Below, piece by piece: positions 1 through 10,035 of a stretch of DNA of 64,000 nt. The stretch spans positions 7,686-71,685 of the forward strand of contig JADLBQ010000019.1 in NCBI GenBank assembly GCA_020847635.1, written 5' to 3'. The position numbers and the translations under genes are program-made. The notes under the pieces were generated by a model that did not search any database, was not told the DNA's origin, and saw only the letters and a list, made by a program, of their open reading frames with translations. How positions within the stretch are numbered: the stretch's first letter is position 1; each line of letters begins with the position of its first letter. The stretch is from Bacteroidia bacterium. GTDB lineage: Bacteria > Bacteroidota > Bacteroidia > AKYH767-A > OLB10.

Positions 1-965
1 AAATCTGCAGATGCATCGAACCTTCCGGTTGTATGTACATTACCCGAAATATCTACAGCGACTGAGAATCCAAAATCAACACCTGTACCTCCAAGTTGCT
101 TTGCCCATACCAAATTTCCCTGTGCATTCAATTTACAAATAAAAGCATCAGCATCACCGGCAGTAGTAAGGTTGAAAACTCCTGTACCGGGATCAAAATC
201 TGTTGTACCATCAAACCTTCCGACAGAATAAACATTGCCATTGTTATCTACTGTCAAACCATATCCATAATCAGCACTGGTTCCTCCAAGTTGTTTCGCC
301 CATACAAAATTGCCCGATGCATCTAACTTGGAGATGAACACATCATAGTCTCCTGACGAAGTAAGATTAAACACATTCACTCCGGGGTCGAAATCTGAGG
401 TTCCTACAAAATATCCTGTAGTATAGACGTTAGCTGATGAATCAACAGCAATGTAGTAACCATAGTCAATGCTTGGTCCGCCAAGTTGCTTAGCCCAAAC
501 AAAATTGCCTGAAGAATCCAGTTTTGATATAAATGTTTCTACACTTCCGGTTGATGAGAGGTTGTACACTCCTACACCGGGATCAAAGTCTGCAGTTCCA
601 TAAAAATATCCTGCAGTATAAACATTACCTAAGGTATCTAAAGCTATGGAGTAGCCATAATCTGAATTGACCCCACCAAGCTGTTTTGCCCACACAAAAT
701 TTCCTGCCGCGTTCAACTTTGAAATAAATACATCTACCGGACCTACTGAAGTGAGGTTGTAGGTTGATGCTCCCGGATCAAAATCTATTGTTCCTGAAAA
801 GTATCCCGTAACATACACATTGCCCTGAGCATCAACTTTGGTAGAGGTTCCTATATCATCTCCGATTTCTCCAAATTGCCTTGCCCACTCAAAGCTTGGC
901 TGTGCTGTTAATGATTGTGCTAATATTGCAAACACAATACTGAGTAACGCAATTTTCGGTTTCAT
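1..965 (-). CDS. SBBP-like beta-propeller repeat secreted protein, N-terminal part (3' end runs off the window start)
   Basis: ATG at 965-963 (minus). It translates to MKPKIALLSIVFAILAQSLTAQPSFEWARQFG... (signal peptide), then repeated ...GNVYVTGYF.G..DFDPG...YNLTS...D.FISKL...GNFVWAKQLGG units. The frame stays open to position 1. It is a paralog of the neighbouring 1010..2701 gene. It is absent from the ORF track only because no stop lies in the window. Confidence 0.75.
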   Translation of the reverse strand, partial: MKPKIALLSIVFAILAQSLTAQPSFEWARQFGEIGDDIGTSTKVDAQGNVYVTGYFSGTIDFDPGASTYNLTSVGPVDVFISKLNAAGNFVWAKQLGGVNSDYGYSIALDTLGNVYTAGYFYGTADFDPGVGVYNLSSTGSVETFISKLDSSGNFVWAKQLGGPSIDYGYYIAVDSSANVYTTGYFVGTSDFDPGVNVFNLTSSGDYDVFISKLDASGNFVWAKQLGGTSADYGYGLTVDNNGNVYSVGRFDGTTDFDPGTGVFNLTTAGDADAFICKLNAQGNLVWAKQLGGTGVDFGFSVAVDISGNVHTTGRFDASAD

Positions 966-1009
966 TTAAGTCCATCAAACATCTTATGAATGTTTACTTA
1001 ATACATTCA

Positions 1010-2701
1010 TCACTCCTTTATCACTTTTGCATACGATATGTTGTCACCACTGATTATCTCTGCAAAATAAAGGTCGTTTGCACCCTCCAAAGTAAACTCA
1101 ATTTGCTTTGCTGATGAAAAGTTTTTCACAAACACTTCCTTACCTGAAATATCACGTATTATAATGGCATCAATGCCTGATGCATTATTTGAATTTATGG
1201 TTACTTTACCATTAGTAGGATTTGGAAAGAGTGTTATTTGACCTAAATTATTCTCTGAAATTCCTGTTGTGGATGTACTTAATTTTAGTACAAATATATC
1301 TAGATGTGCTACTGAAGTAAGGTTAAACACACCGGGTCCGGGATCAAAATCAATAGTGCTACGAAAACCCCCTGTTGAATATATATTGCCTGAAGCATCT
1401 GCTGTAATGCCTATACCAGTTTCACTACCCGCGCTACCAAAAGCCTTTGCCCAAACAAAATTGCCCAAGGTATCTAACTTGCAGATAAAAATGTCAGACA
1501 AACCAACTGAAGAAAGGTTATATACCCCGGTACCGGGATCAAAATCAGTTACGCCATTGAAACTTCCTGTTGTATAAATACTACCCGAATTATCCAATGT
1601 AATGGAGGAACCGAACTCATAATTTATACCTCCCTGAGTTCTAGCCCAAATAAAATCACCCGAAGAGTCTAATTTGCAGATATACATATCGCCATCTCCT
1701 AAAGAAGTGAGATTGAACACACCAGGTCCCGGATCAAAATCTACAGTCTGGTAAAAAGAACCAATTGTATAAATATTTCCTGTGGAGTCTATAGTGATGG
1801 AATTGCTTGCGTCCCATTCAACACTTCCAAAAGATATGGCCCAAATAAAATTACCGGATGAATTTAATTTTAAAATAAAACCATCGTCTTCTCCTGAAGA
1901 AATAAGGTTATAAACACCCGGTCCAGGGTCAAAATCAACTGTTTCTTTAAAACTTCCTGTAGTATATATATTGCCTGATGCATCTGTAGCAATTTCGTGG
2001 GACCAATCAATATCTGTTCCACCAAAGGATTTTGCCCAAACAAAATTACCCGAAGCATCAAGTTTAGCGATAAAATTATCCAAAGTTCCAACAGAGGTAA
2101 GATTAAAAACAGCTGTACCCGGATCAAAATCTGCTGTGCCTTCAAAATTACCTGTAACATAAACATTGTGCATGGCATCTAAGGCAATTGAGAATGCTCT
2201 ATCATCCAATGTTCCACCTAAAGATTTTGCCCATACAAAATTACCTGCAGTATCCAATTTGTAAATAAATATATCCTTAGCACCGGCTGAGGTAAGGTTA
2301 TAAACTCCAGGTCCCGGATCAAAATCTACAACACCTTCAAACCACCCTGTTGTATAAATATTTCCGGAGTTATCAGTTTCAATGGATTGTCCTTGATCCC
2401 AATTAGAACTTCCAAAAGACACAGTCCAAACCATATTGCCCGAAGCATCTAATTTGGAAATATAGCCATCCCAAGTTCCTGACGAGGTAAGGTTATAAAC
2501 ACCCGGCCCCGGATCAAAATCTGCCGTTCCCTGAAAATATCCGGTTGTATAAACATTACCTATGTTATCTACTGCGATGGAATACCCTTGATCAAGGCTG
2601 TTTCCACCTAATGATACTGCCCATTCTAAACTTGGTTGTGCTGTTAATGTTTGTGCCATAGTAGCAATGGCAATGCTGAGAAGTGTTACTTTTGGTTTCA
2701 T
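1010..2701 (-). CDS. SBBP-like 7-repeat beta-propeller protein with T9SS C-terminal sorting domain
   Basis: 563-aa ORF with signal peptide MKPKVTLLSIAIATMAQTLTAQ. It has seven ~65-aa repeats, each carrying (A/V)DFDPGPGV(Y/F)NLTS ... G(N)IY(T/S)TG. The C-terminus (ITLFPNPTNGKVTIN...ISYAKVIKE) is typical of T9SS type A CTDs. Confidence 0.8.
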   Translation of the reverse strand: MKPKVTLLSIAIATMAQTLTAQPSLEWAVSLGGNSLDQGYSIAVDNIGNVYTTGYFQGTADFDPGPGVYNLTSSGTWDGYISKLDASGNMVWTVSFGSSNWDQGQSIETDNSGNIYTTGWFEGVVDFDPGPGVYNLTSAGAKDIFIYKLDTAGNFVWAKSLGGTLDDRAFSIALDAMHNVYVTGNFEGTADFDPGTAVFNLTSVGTLDNFIAKLDASGNFVWAKSFGGTDIDWSHEIATDASGNIYTTGSFKETVDFDPGPGVYNLISSGEDDGFILKLNSSGNFIWAISFGSVEWDASNSITIDSTGNIYTIGSFYQTVDFDPGPGVFNLTSLGDGDMYICKLDSSGDFIWARTQGGINYEFGSSITLDNSGSIYTTGSFNGVTDFDPGTGVYNLSSVGLSDIFICKLDTLGNFVWAKAFGSAGSETGIGITADASGNIYSTGGFRSTIDFDPGPGVFNLTSVAHLDIFVLKLSTSTTGISENNLGQITLFPNPTNGKVTINSNNASGIDAIIIRDISGKEVFVKNFSSAKQIEFTLEGANDLYFAEIISGDNISYAKVIKE

Positions 2702-2807
2702 AATTTTATATTTGAATTATATGATTGATGTCATGTTAAGTGTAAATAAACTCACACTTATTCATCAATCCGACAAAATTATGGTGATAAAATATAAAAA
2801 TAAAACC

Positions 2808-2843
2808 TCAAAAGATGATTTTAAACATCTTTTGAAGTTTTTT
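2808..2843 (+). terminator. Orphan stem-loop plus T-run (intrinsic-terminator-like) with no plus-strand gene upstream
   Basis: Perfect 10-bp inverted repeat tcaaaagatg / catcttttga (2808-2817 / 2826-2835) with an 8-nt loop, followed by agttttttc. The opposite flank is also T-rich on the minus strand. Confidence 0.35.
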
Positions 2844-2941
2844 CTTTCGTTGAAGCAATTCCCAAACATGAGGCTAAATCTGCTCTTACTCAATGCAATA
2901 CATAACTAAAAGAAATTCAATTCCACTTTCCGCGGGAAATC

Positions 2942-4200
2942 ATGACTGCTGTTTATATTGATTACAACCACAATTGGAACCTTTTAGATTCCGGTGAGAC
3001 TGTTTACACTAAATCGTATGGAACAGGTTCCTTACCTAGTTATGTTGTCAATAGCAGTTTTATTGTCCCTATGTCAGCTGACACAGGTCAAACCTTAATG
3101 CGAATTGTATATTCAGAAGACAGCTCCATTAGTCACTGTAGCAGCTATTTTTTACCGGTGAAACAGAAGACTACCTGATTGAAATTATTGCTGCTTCTGA
3201 TTGTGCGGGTATGCCCGATCAGAGTTCAACTGTTTCATCTGCTCCAATTGCTTGTTCAAATATCATGTTCTCGTAATCACTTTCTGCATTCTATCCTTTT
3301 ACCGGAATAAATTATCAATGGCAATCCTCTTCTGATAGTTTTAATTGGACAAACTTTGGCAGCAATGCTTCTACTGTAACAGCAAGTCAAATCGGTAATA
3401 CTTATTATCAGTGTATTATATTACGTGTAGTTGTTCAGGGCAAAGTGTTATTTCTGTGCCGGTATTGGTGACTATCAACGTTAACATCTGTGAATGTGCT
3501 AACTTTTGTCAATCTTATTTTTCTAATGCTTTTAATGAATATATCTCTCATGTCTCATTTTCGGGAATTTATAATAGTACCGGAGGAATTTCAGGCAATA
3601 CGGTAGATTACACGAATTGCAGTGCTACTGTTCAGCAAGGAGTAAGTTATACATTGAGTGTTGGGTTCTTGCTAATTTTAATGAATATGTTTATGCTTGG
3701 ATTGACTGGAATCACAATGGTGTATTTAATGACTCAGGTGAAGTTTATATTGTAGCCTCGAATACAGCCATTTCCGGTATTCATCCGATTACGGTTGACA
3801 TTTCGGTTAATGCAGTTTTAGGATCAATCCGAATGAGAGTGATCGGTACGAATATGACTCAACCTGATCCTTGTGTTGCGGCCAGTTCCGGTGAAGCGGA
3901 AGACTATCGTGTCTTTGTTACACAAGCAAGTTCTGTCAGCAATATGCCACTGTTGAGATCAGCGTTAAAAGTTTATCCCAGTCCGGACGATAAGTGGACA
4001 ACCGTTGTTTTTGAATCATTACAAAGCATGAACAATATTCTAAATCTTATAGATGTTACGGGGAGAGTAGTCCATTCAATTGGGTTAACTTCCAAAAAGG
4101 AGTTAATTCTTTTAAACTTAACCTGGAAGGTTTTGCCAAGGGAGTTTATAAAATTGAACTTAACAAAGGTGATTATGCCGAAAAAGTAAAGCTCATTTTG
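2942..4200 (+). pseudogene. Decayed GEVED-domain / T9SS-CTD secreted protein gene (5'-truncated, several frameshifts, one in-frame stop)
   Basis: Three ORF fragments (2942..3178, 3411..3755, 3617..4189) read as one protein only after frame changes. Example joins are ...HCSSYF|TGETEDYLIEII (T6 run near 3150) and YQWQSS..NW....YYQCII|TCSCSGQSVISVPVLVTINV. A second GEVED motif (SSGEAEDYRVFV) follows. The CTD is split between frames (LIDVTGRVVHS | NFQKGVNSFKLNLEGFAKGVYKIELNKGDYAEKVKLIL). An in-frame TAA lies near 3275. There is no signal peptide or N-terminus. Confidence 0.7.
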
Positions 4201-4319
4201 ATTAGGAGAAAATTGCCCAAAGAAAGAAGGCCTGGTCAAATAGGCTTTTTTTTAAGTTACATATTGAACAGTTCAAAAAAAAACACTTTGTTTGCCAATT
4301 AAGGTAACCAATTAGCAAA

Positions 4320-5537
4320 ATGAATTTACATGAATACCAGGGTAAGTCAATCCTGAAAGATTTTGGAGTAGGAATACAGCGGGGTATTGTTGCAGAAACC
4401 GTACAGCAGGCAGTCCATGCAGCCAAAGAATTGCAAATACAAACCGGAACCGGATGGTGGGTTGTCAAATCTCAGATACATGCTGGCGGAAGAGGGAAAG
4501 GCAAAATATCAGGCTCAGATCAGAATGGTGTTGCATTGGCAAAATCCTTGGAAGATGTTGCCCGGATTGCTGAAAATATTCTGGGTAAAATTTTAATTAC
4601 TAAACAAACCGGGCCTCATGGGAAAATGGTTAATAAGGTCTTAATTGCTGAAGATGTGTATTATCCTGGTGCATCTGAAACAAAAGAATTTTATTTAAGT
4701 GTACTGCTCGATCGTTCATCCGGGCGAAATATCATCATGTATAGCACGGAAGGAGGAATGGATATTGAATCTGTGGCAGAGAAAACCCCCAACCTGATTT
4801 TTAAGGAAGAAATTGATCCATCTGTTGGAATACAGGGGTTTCAGACCAGAAAAATTGCATTTAATCTGGGTCTCTCAGGAAATGCATTTAAGGAAATGAC
4901 AAAGTTTGTAATGGCCTTGTATGAGGCTTATGATACCATAGATGCTTCAATGTTTGAAATTAATCCACTGCTGAAAACATCAGATGACAAAATCATTGCG
5001 GTCGATGCCAAAGTGAATCTGGATGATAATGGGTTGTTCAGACATAAAGACTTCGAAGCAATGCGAGATAAGACCGAAGAAGATCCAACCGAACTGGAGG
5101 CCGGTGAATATAACCTCAATTATGTAAAACTTGATGGTAATGTAGGATGTATGGTCAATGGTGCCGGGCTTGCAATGGCAACAATGGATATCATTAAACT
5201 GGCAGGAGGAGAGCCGGCTAATTTTCTGGATGTTGGCGGAACTGCAAATGCTGCGCGGGTTGAACAGGCATTTCGGATTATTTTAAAAGACCCGAATGTA
5301 AAAGCAATACTGGTTAACATTTTTGGAGGAATAGTCAGATGTGACCGCGTGGCTAACGGCATTGTTGATGCTTACCAAAATATTGGGAATATAAAAGTGC
5401 CGATTATCATTCGGCTTCAGGGAACCAATGCAAAGGAAGCAAAAAGGATTATAGATGAATCCGGATTGAAGGTTTATTCAGCTATTCAGCTTCAGGAAGC
5501 AGCTGATCTGGTGAATCAACTGATTAAAATGAATTAA
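4320..5537 (+). CDS. sucC: Succinyl-CoA synthetase (ADP-forming) beta subunit
   Basis: 405 aa. The N-terminus [17 protein letters not shown] matches the SucC signature MNLHEYQ. ATP-grasp and CoA-ligase regions are present ([23 protein letters not shown]). Confidence 0.95.
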   Translation: MNLHEYQGKSILKDFGVGIQRGIVAETVQQAVHAAKELQIQTGTGWWVVKSQIHAGGRGKGKISGSDQNGVALAKSLEDVARIAENILGKILITKQTGPHGKMVNKVLIAEDVYYPGASETKEFYLSVLLDRSSGRNIIMYSTEGGMDIESVAEKTPNLIFKEEIDPSVGIQGFQTRKIAFNLGLSGNAFKEMTKFVMALYEAYDTIDASMFEINPLLKTSDDKIIAVDAKVNLDDNGLFRHKDFEAMRDKTEEDPTELEAGEYNLNYVKLDGNVGCMVNGAGLAMATMDIIKLAGGEPANFLDVGGTANAARVEQAFRIILKDPNVKAILVNIFGGIVRCDRVANGIVDAYQNIGNIKVPIIIRLQGTNAKEAKRIIDESGLKVYSAIQLQEAADLVNQLIKMN

Positions 5538-5557
5538 AAGAATTAGAGGTTATTATT

Positions 5558-6481
5558 ATGGCAACAATCGAATCAAAGAAAATAAAACCGTTACTTCCGG
5601 TTTATGGTCCGGAAAAAAATTTTCTGGGAATTGACGATCCTGAGTTTCATTCTTATGAAACTTGCAGGTTTGTAATTCAACAGATGCCTTATGAACATAC
5701 TTCATCTTATCTTGAAGGCTCGGCAGAAGGACCTAAGGCAATTCTGGAGGCCTCTCATTATGTAGAATTTTATGATGAGATGCTGGAATCAGAGCCGTTC
5801 TTAAAAGGTGGAATCTGTACGCTGTCTCCGGTTGATTTTGATGAGATGGTGGATAAAGATGCCATTGATCTGGCAGAGAAGCATACCGGCAAACTGATAA
5901 ATGATGAGAAGTTCGTTATTTCACTTGGTGCTGAACATTCAATCACTTTAGGGTTTGTTAAGGCACATCAGGAAAGATATGAAAACCTGACTGTACTTCA
6001 GCTTGATGCGCATTCGGATTTACGTCAGAGCTATCATGGCAACCCGTACTCACATGCTTCAGTTATGGCCCGTATCAATGATCTGGGGCTTACAATATGC
6101 CAGGTGGGTATTCGGGCGCAATGTAGAGAAGAAGCTGAGTTAATTAGATCTGCCCCTAACATCCATACCTTCTATGCACATGAAATTCGGAAGAATCCGG
6201 ATTGGATGGCGGAAGCAGTTTCATGTCTTTCTGAGAATGTATATCTTACCATTGATGCCGATGGTTTTGATCCGTCAGTTATTCCGTCTGTGGGCACTGC
6301 TGAACCCGGAGGTTTGTACTGGGAGGAAACAATTGATTTTTTAAAGAAGGTTTTTCACAAAAAGAATGTAGTTGGTTTCGATATTGTTGAGATGGCACCA
6401 AGAAAGGATGACACCCGTTCTCCTTATCTGCTTGCCAAACTGATTTACCGGCTGATTGGCTTTGCAACAGAAAAACACTGA
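5558..6481 (+). CDS. speB: Agmatinase / arginase-family ureohydrolase
   Basis: 307 aa with the arginase-family metal-binding motifs GAEHS, LDAHSD and IDADGFDP. Confidence 0.8.
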   Translation: MATIESKKIKPLLPVYGPEKNFLGIDDPEFHSYETCRFVIQQMPYEHTSSYLEGSAEGPKAILEASHYVEFYDEMLESEPFLKGGICTLSPVDFDEMVDKDAIDLAEKHTGKLINDEKFVISLGAEHSITLGFVKAHQERYENLTVLQLDAHSDLRQSYHGNPYSHASVMARINDLGLTICQVGIRAQCREEAELIRSAPNIHTFYAHEIRKNPDWMAEAVSCLSENVYLTIDADGFDPSVIPSVGTAEPGGLYWEETIDFLKKVFHKKNVVGFDIVEMAPRKDDTRSPYLLAKLIYRLIGFATEKH

Positions 6482-6554
6482 TCTTGCAACAGGTGCTATG
6501 CAGGCTATCTGATGCAGGTGTGTATGAAGGAATTAATAAAGTTGAATCGCGTGA

Positions 6555-8045
6555 ATGAAAATTAAAAAGATTCTGGTTGCTAACCGGGGTGAAATTGCAC
6601 TCCGGATCATGCGTACAGCCCGCGAAATGGGCATTAAGACAGTCGCTGTTTTTTCTGAGGCTGACCGAAACTCGCTTCATGTCAGATATGCTGATGAGGC
6701 AATTTGTATTGGCCATCCTCTGTCTAACCAGTCATATCTCGCAGCAAAAAAAATAATTGAATCAGCCTGGAAAACCAAGTCAGATGCAATACATCCCGGC
6801 TATGGGTTCTTATCTGAAAATGCAGATTTTGCAGATGATGTGAAGAAAGCCGGACTAATTTTTATAGGTCCTGATGCTTCTTCAATGAGAATAATGGGAG
6901 ATAAATTAAGTGCCAAATCAGCAGCAAGAAAATTTAATATTCCATTGGTACCGGGTTCTGACGGGGCAGTTGCAGATCATCATTCAGCAATTGCAATTGC
7001 TCAGAAAATTGGATATCCGTTATTAATAAAAGCTTCTGCTGGTGGTGGAGGGAAAGGGATGAGAATTGTAAATGATCAAAATGAGCTGGATGAAAAAATT
7101 CATCTTGCAATGAGTGAAGCTAAATCAGCTTTTGGAGATCCATCGGTTTTTATTGAACGGTATATCAAAGCACCCCGTCACATCGAAATACAGGTACTTG
7201 CCGATTCAAAGGGTAATGTGGTTCATCTTTTTGAAAGAGAATGCTCTGTTCAGAGAAGACATCAGAAAGTAATTGAGGAAGCACCTTCTTCGATTCTAAC
7301 TCCTGAATTGCGAACGCTTATGGGTGCTTGTGCAGTTCAGGTTGCCAAAGCCTGCAATTATACCAGTGCAGGAACTGTTGAATTTTTATTGGATGAAAAT
7401 CACAATTTTTATTTTCTGGAAATGAATACCAGGCTCCAGGTTGAGCATCCGGTTACAGAAATGATTACCGGACTTGATCTGGTGAAAGAACAAATCAGGA
7501 TTGCTGAAGGTTTTGCATTACCGTTTTCGCAGGAAGATCTGGTATATAATGGTCATAGTATTGAAGTACGGGTTTATGCTGAAGATCCTGAAAATAATTT
7601 TTTACCGGATACCGGAACCCTCTTGACTTATAAAACTCCCAAAGGGAATAATGTTCGGGTTGATGATGGATTTGAAGAAGGAATGACAATTCCGGTGTTT
7701 TATGATCCGATGATCGCAAAACTCATTGTTCATGGAAAAGACCGCGAAACTGCTATCCGGAGAATGATTCGTGCCATTGACGATTACCAGATTACGGGGG
7801 TTAAAACCACGTTGCCTTTTTGCCGGTTTGTTATGAATCATGAAGCATTTACTTCAGGTAATTTTACGACACACTTTGTTCAAAACTATTTTAGCCCTGA
7901 TAAGCTTTCTGTTACAAATTCTCCATTTGATGAGGTTGCAGCTGTCTTCTCAGTGCTGCATCTTACAACAAATCAGAAAAACAGCCCTTCAGCAAAGCCT
8001 GCCGGTGACAATACCGTATCACCCTGGCAAACCAACCGGAAGTAG
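6555..8045 (+). CDS. accC: Biotin carboxylase subunit (acetyl/acyl-CoA carboxylase type, no BCCP domain)
   Basis: 496 aa. Motifs seen: ILVANRGEIA, GGGGKGMR glycine loop, EMNTRLQVEHPVTE. Which carboxylase it serves is not resolvable from the sequence. Confidence 0.8.
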   Translation: MKIKKILVANRGEIALRIMRTAREMGIKTVAVFSEADRNSLHVRYADEAICIGHPLSNQSYLAAKKIIESAWKTKSDAIHPGYGFLSENADFADDVKKAGLIFIGPDASSMRIMGDKLSAKSAARKFNIPLVPGSDGAVADHHSAIAIAQKIGYPLLIKASAGGGGKGMRIVNDQNELDEKIHLAMSEAKSAFGDPSVFIERYIKAPRHIEIQVLADSKGNVVHLFERECSVQRRHQKVIEEAPSSILTPELRTLMGACAVQVAKACNYTSAGTVEFLLDENHNFYFLEMNTRLQVEHPVTEMITGLDLVKEQIRIAEGFALPFSQEDLVYNGHSIEVRVYAEDPENNFLPDTGTLLTYKTPKGNNVRVDDGFEEGMTIPVFYDPMIAKLIVHGKDRETAIRRMIRAIDDYQITGVKTTLPFCRFVMNHEAFTSGNFTTHFVQNYFSPDKLSVTNSPFDEVAAVFSVLHLTTNQKNSPSAKPAGDNTVSPWQTNRK

Positions 8046-8110
8046 TATCATTTTCACAGTTGATTCACGAAAAGAAAATTTTTGGAGCTAAGTTTGAGTT
8101 GTCATTAATA

Positions 8111-8800
8111 ATGAGAAATACAATCTTATTTCTTTTTCTTCTGGGTTCAACCGGGACTTATGCTCAAACGGATTCGACAATTCGGATAACAAAAGGAGAA
8201 AAACTGATTTACGATACGGTAGTTAAGGTTACAGCAATTCCAAAACCGCAGGTTCATGTAACTTACTTTATTTTAGATGATGGCGATAGTGTGCCTGTTG
8301 TCAACCTACCAGCTATTCAGATTTCCGACACCCTGAACCCTGTACTTGCTGATAATCTGAGGCAGTACCTGCTCTTAAAGCGAGATGTACTAAGAGCATA
8401 TCCTTATGCCAAGATTGCTGTGCAGCAACTGATAGCTATCAATGATTCATTGATTATTATTCAGAAAGCAAGACAAAGGAAAAAATACATCAAAGAATCT
8501 GAAAAGATTCTTAAAGATGAATTTGAAGATGAATTAAAACGGTTAACAGTAAACCAGGGTAGGGTACTCATTAAGTTAATAGACAGAGAAACTGGTACAA
8601 CCGGCTATGATTTAGTAAAAGAACTTCGAGGAACATTCCAGGCCATGTTCTGGCAAACAATGGCCAAATTGTTTGGCTCCACCCTGAAATCTGAATATGA
8701 CCCAAATGGTGAGGACAGGCTGATTGAACTGATTGTCAGAAGCATTGAAAACGGTGAAATTCCTGAACCTCAAAGAAGGATTGTTTCGAATAAAAAATAG
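8111..8800 (+). CDS. Secreted hypothetical protein (DUF4294-like, conserved in Bacteroidota)
   Basis: The ORF opens at 8060, but the signal-peptide start MRNTILFLFLLGSTGTYAQ at 8111 is more plausible. The family call rests only on recalled resemblance around LKRDVLRAYPYAK. Confidence 0.5.
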   Translation: MRNTILFLFLLGSTGTYAQTDSTIRITKGEKLIYDTVVKVTAIPKPQVHVTYFILDDGDSVPVVNLPAIQISDTLNPVLADNLRQYLLLKRDVLRAYPYAKIAVQQLIAINDSLIIIQKARQRKKYIKESEKILKDEFEDELKRLTVNQGRVLIKLIDRETGTTGYDLVKELRGTFQAMFWQTMAKLFGSTLKSEYDPNGEDRLIELIVRSIENGEIPEPQRRIVSNKK

Positions 8801-8802
8801 TG

Positions 8803-9579
8803 TTAATTTCCGGTAACAATCAGTTGGTTAGTCTGGAGAACCTGACCATTAATTTCAAGGTTATAAAAATAGACTCCAGCAGGAATTAAGTTCCCGGATG
8901 AACTCTTGAGATCCCATTCATTCGAATGAGTTCCTGGATTTTTTAATTCACTATTGAGCTCAAAGACTTTCTTACCCAGCGTGTTGAAAACATTGATTTT
9001 TGCTTTACCCTTAGCCTTGGAAGTGTATATGAATACAGTGTTGGTTCTGGCAGGATTCGGATAATTGGACAGAATTCCCTCAGTAACCTGAAAATCGTTG
9101 ATGTTAAGTGTACAATTTTGATAGACACCTGTTACCATATTCCAGCTTGAAGTCGGAGGATTATTGGTCATTACAAGATTGATGGGAGCATTATTTGGAT
9201 CTTTGTCAACCTGGATTGAAAAATCAGCATTGTGAAAAATAATACTGATATTATATATTGTTGAACCATTGGGAATAGCTCCACCGGGGCCTTGGCTGAA
9301 GTAAGAATATGGTTCAATACAAATACTCCATATATTCTGACCTAAGGAAGTCATCAATCCGGTTCCTGGATTTGTGATATTCCCGACATTATATTGCCAG
9401 AAATTACCCGGCTGGTCAACACCAGCACCAGCATACATATAGATTGGAGAGGTTCCTGCCAGGGCACTCGTCCCAGCATTAAAAGTAATTTGGAAATTAG
9501 GTTGTGCATCCACATTCAGGAATGAATACAGCATAAAACCGGCAGTGAGTATTTTTCGGATCATTTTTGTTTTGTTCAA
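8803..9579 (-). CDS. T9SS C-terminal-domain secreted protein, function unknown
   Basis: 258 aa with a signal peptide (..FMLYSFLNVDAQ). The CTD reads NYPNPARTNTVFIY...INVFNTLGKKVFEL...AGVYFYNLEINGQVLQTNQLIVTGN. Confidence 0.7.
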   Translation of the reverse strand: MNKTKMIRKILTAGFMLYSFLNVDAQPNFQITFNAGTSALAGTSPIYMYAGAGVDQPGNFWQYNVGNITNPGTGLMTSLGQNIWSICIEPYSYFSQGPGGAIPNGSTIYNISIIFHNADFSIQVDKDPNNAPINLVMTNNPPTSSWNMVTGVYQNCTLNINDFQVTEGILSNYPNPARTNTVFIYTSKAKGKAKINVFNTLGKKVFELNSELKNPGTHSNEWDLKSSSGNLIPAGVYFYNLEINGQVLQTNQLIVTGN

Positions 9580-9605
9580 TGTAAAGATAGACGGAAATTT
9601 GAAAG

Positions 9606-9679
9606 TAGCGAAGGGGGGAATCGAACCCCCGACCTCAGGGTTATGAATCCTGCGCTCTAACCACCTGAGCTACCTCGCC
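9606..9679 (-). tRNA. tRNA with CAU anticodon (Met; a lysidine-modified Ile2 cannot be excluded)
   Basis: The minus strand reads GGCGAGG TA GCTC AGGTGGTTA GAGC G CAGGA TTCATAA CCCTG AGGTC GGGGG TTCGATT CCCCC CTTCGCT A, 74 nt. It folds into a cloverleaf with a canonical T-loop. The acceptor stem has two G-U pairs. CCA is not encoded. Confidence 0.85.
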
Positions 9680-9698
9680 AGTTTTCATTAAGAGCGCA

Positions 9699-9706
9699 CA
9701 AAAATA
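9699..9706 (-). promoter_or_regulatory. Putative Bacteroidota -7 promoter box (TATTTTTG) for the tRNA
   Basis: The minus strand reads TATTTTTG, matching the TAnnTTTG consensus, 20 nt upstream of the tRNA 5' end. A TTG lies about 20 nt further upstream. Confidence 0.3.
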
Positions 9707-10035
9707 ACCTTCCATGTATTAAATCAAAATCATATTAAAATTGTTAGAGATTTCCTTAGCATGCATGTTTAGAAATTACAATGTTTTGCCCCTTAAAATG
9801 TTTTAATGATTTTACTCGGTTCTTCATTGTTGTTAGTAATTTTTAAAGATTGCTTGAACCTGTGCCCTTCCAGTTATTTTTAATAAAGTATTTAATACTT
9901 TTGTACGATTTTTTGTTGTTGAGAATAAATTTTACAGATTGTTGTATTTCAGCTTTTTAGCACTTATCTTTGAACTTTAAAACTTATCAGTTTTTCTCTC
10001 GTAACAATGAAATCTGATTTTTTGTTGAAACAAAA

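Noticed and set aside
96-2182. Antisense and out-of-frame ORFs inside the SBBP genes (96..326, 1269..1577, 1870..2178, 1971..2162, 1997..2182).
   Set aside because: They lie wholly within, and opposite or out of frame to, strongly supported repeat-protein genes. Their low-complexity translations mirror the periodic DNA repeat, with no starts or signals of their own.
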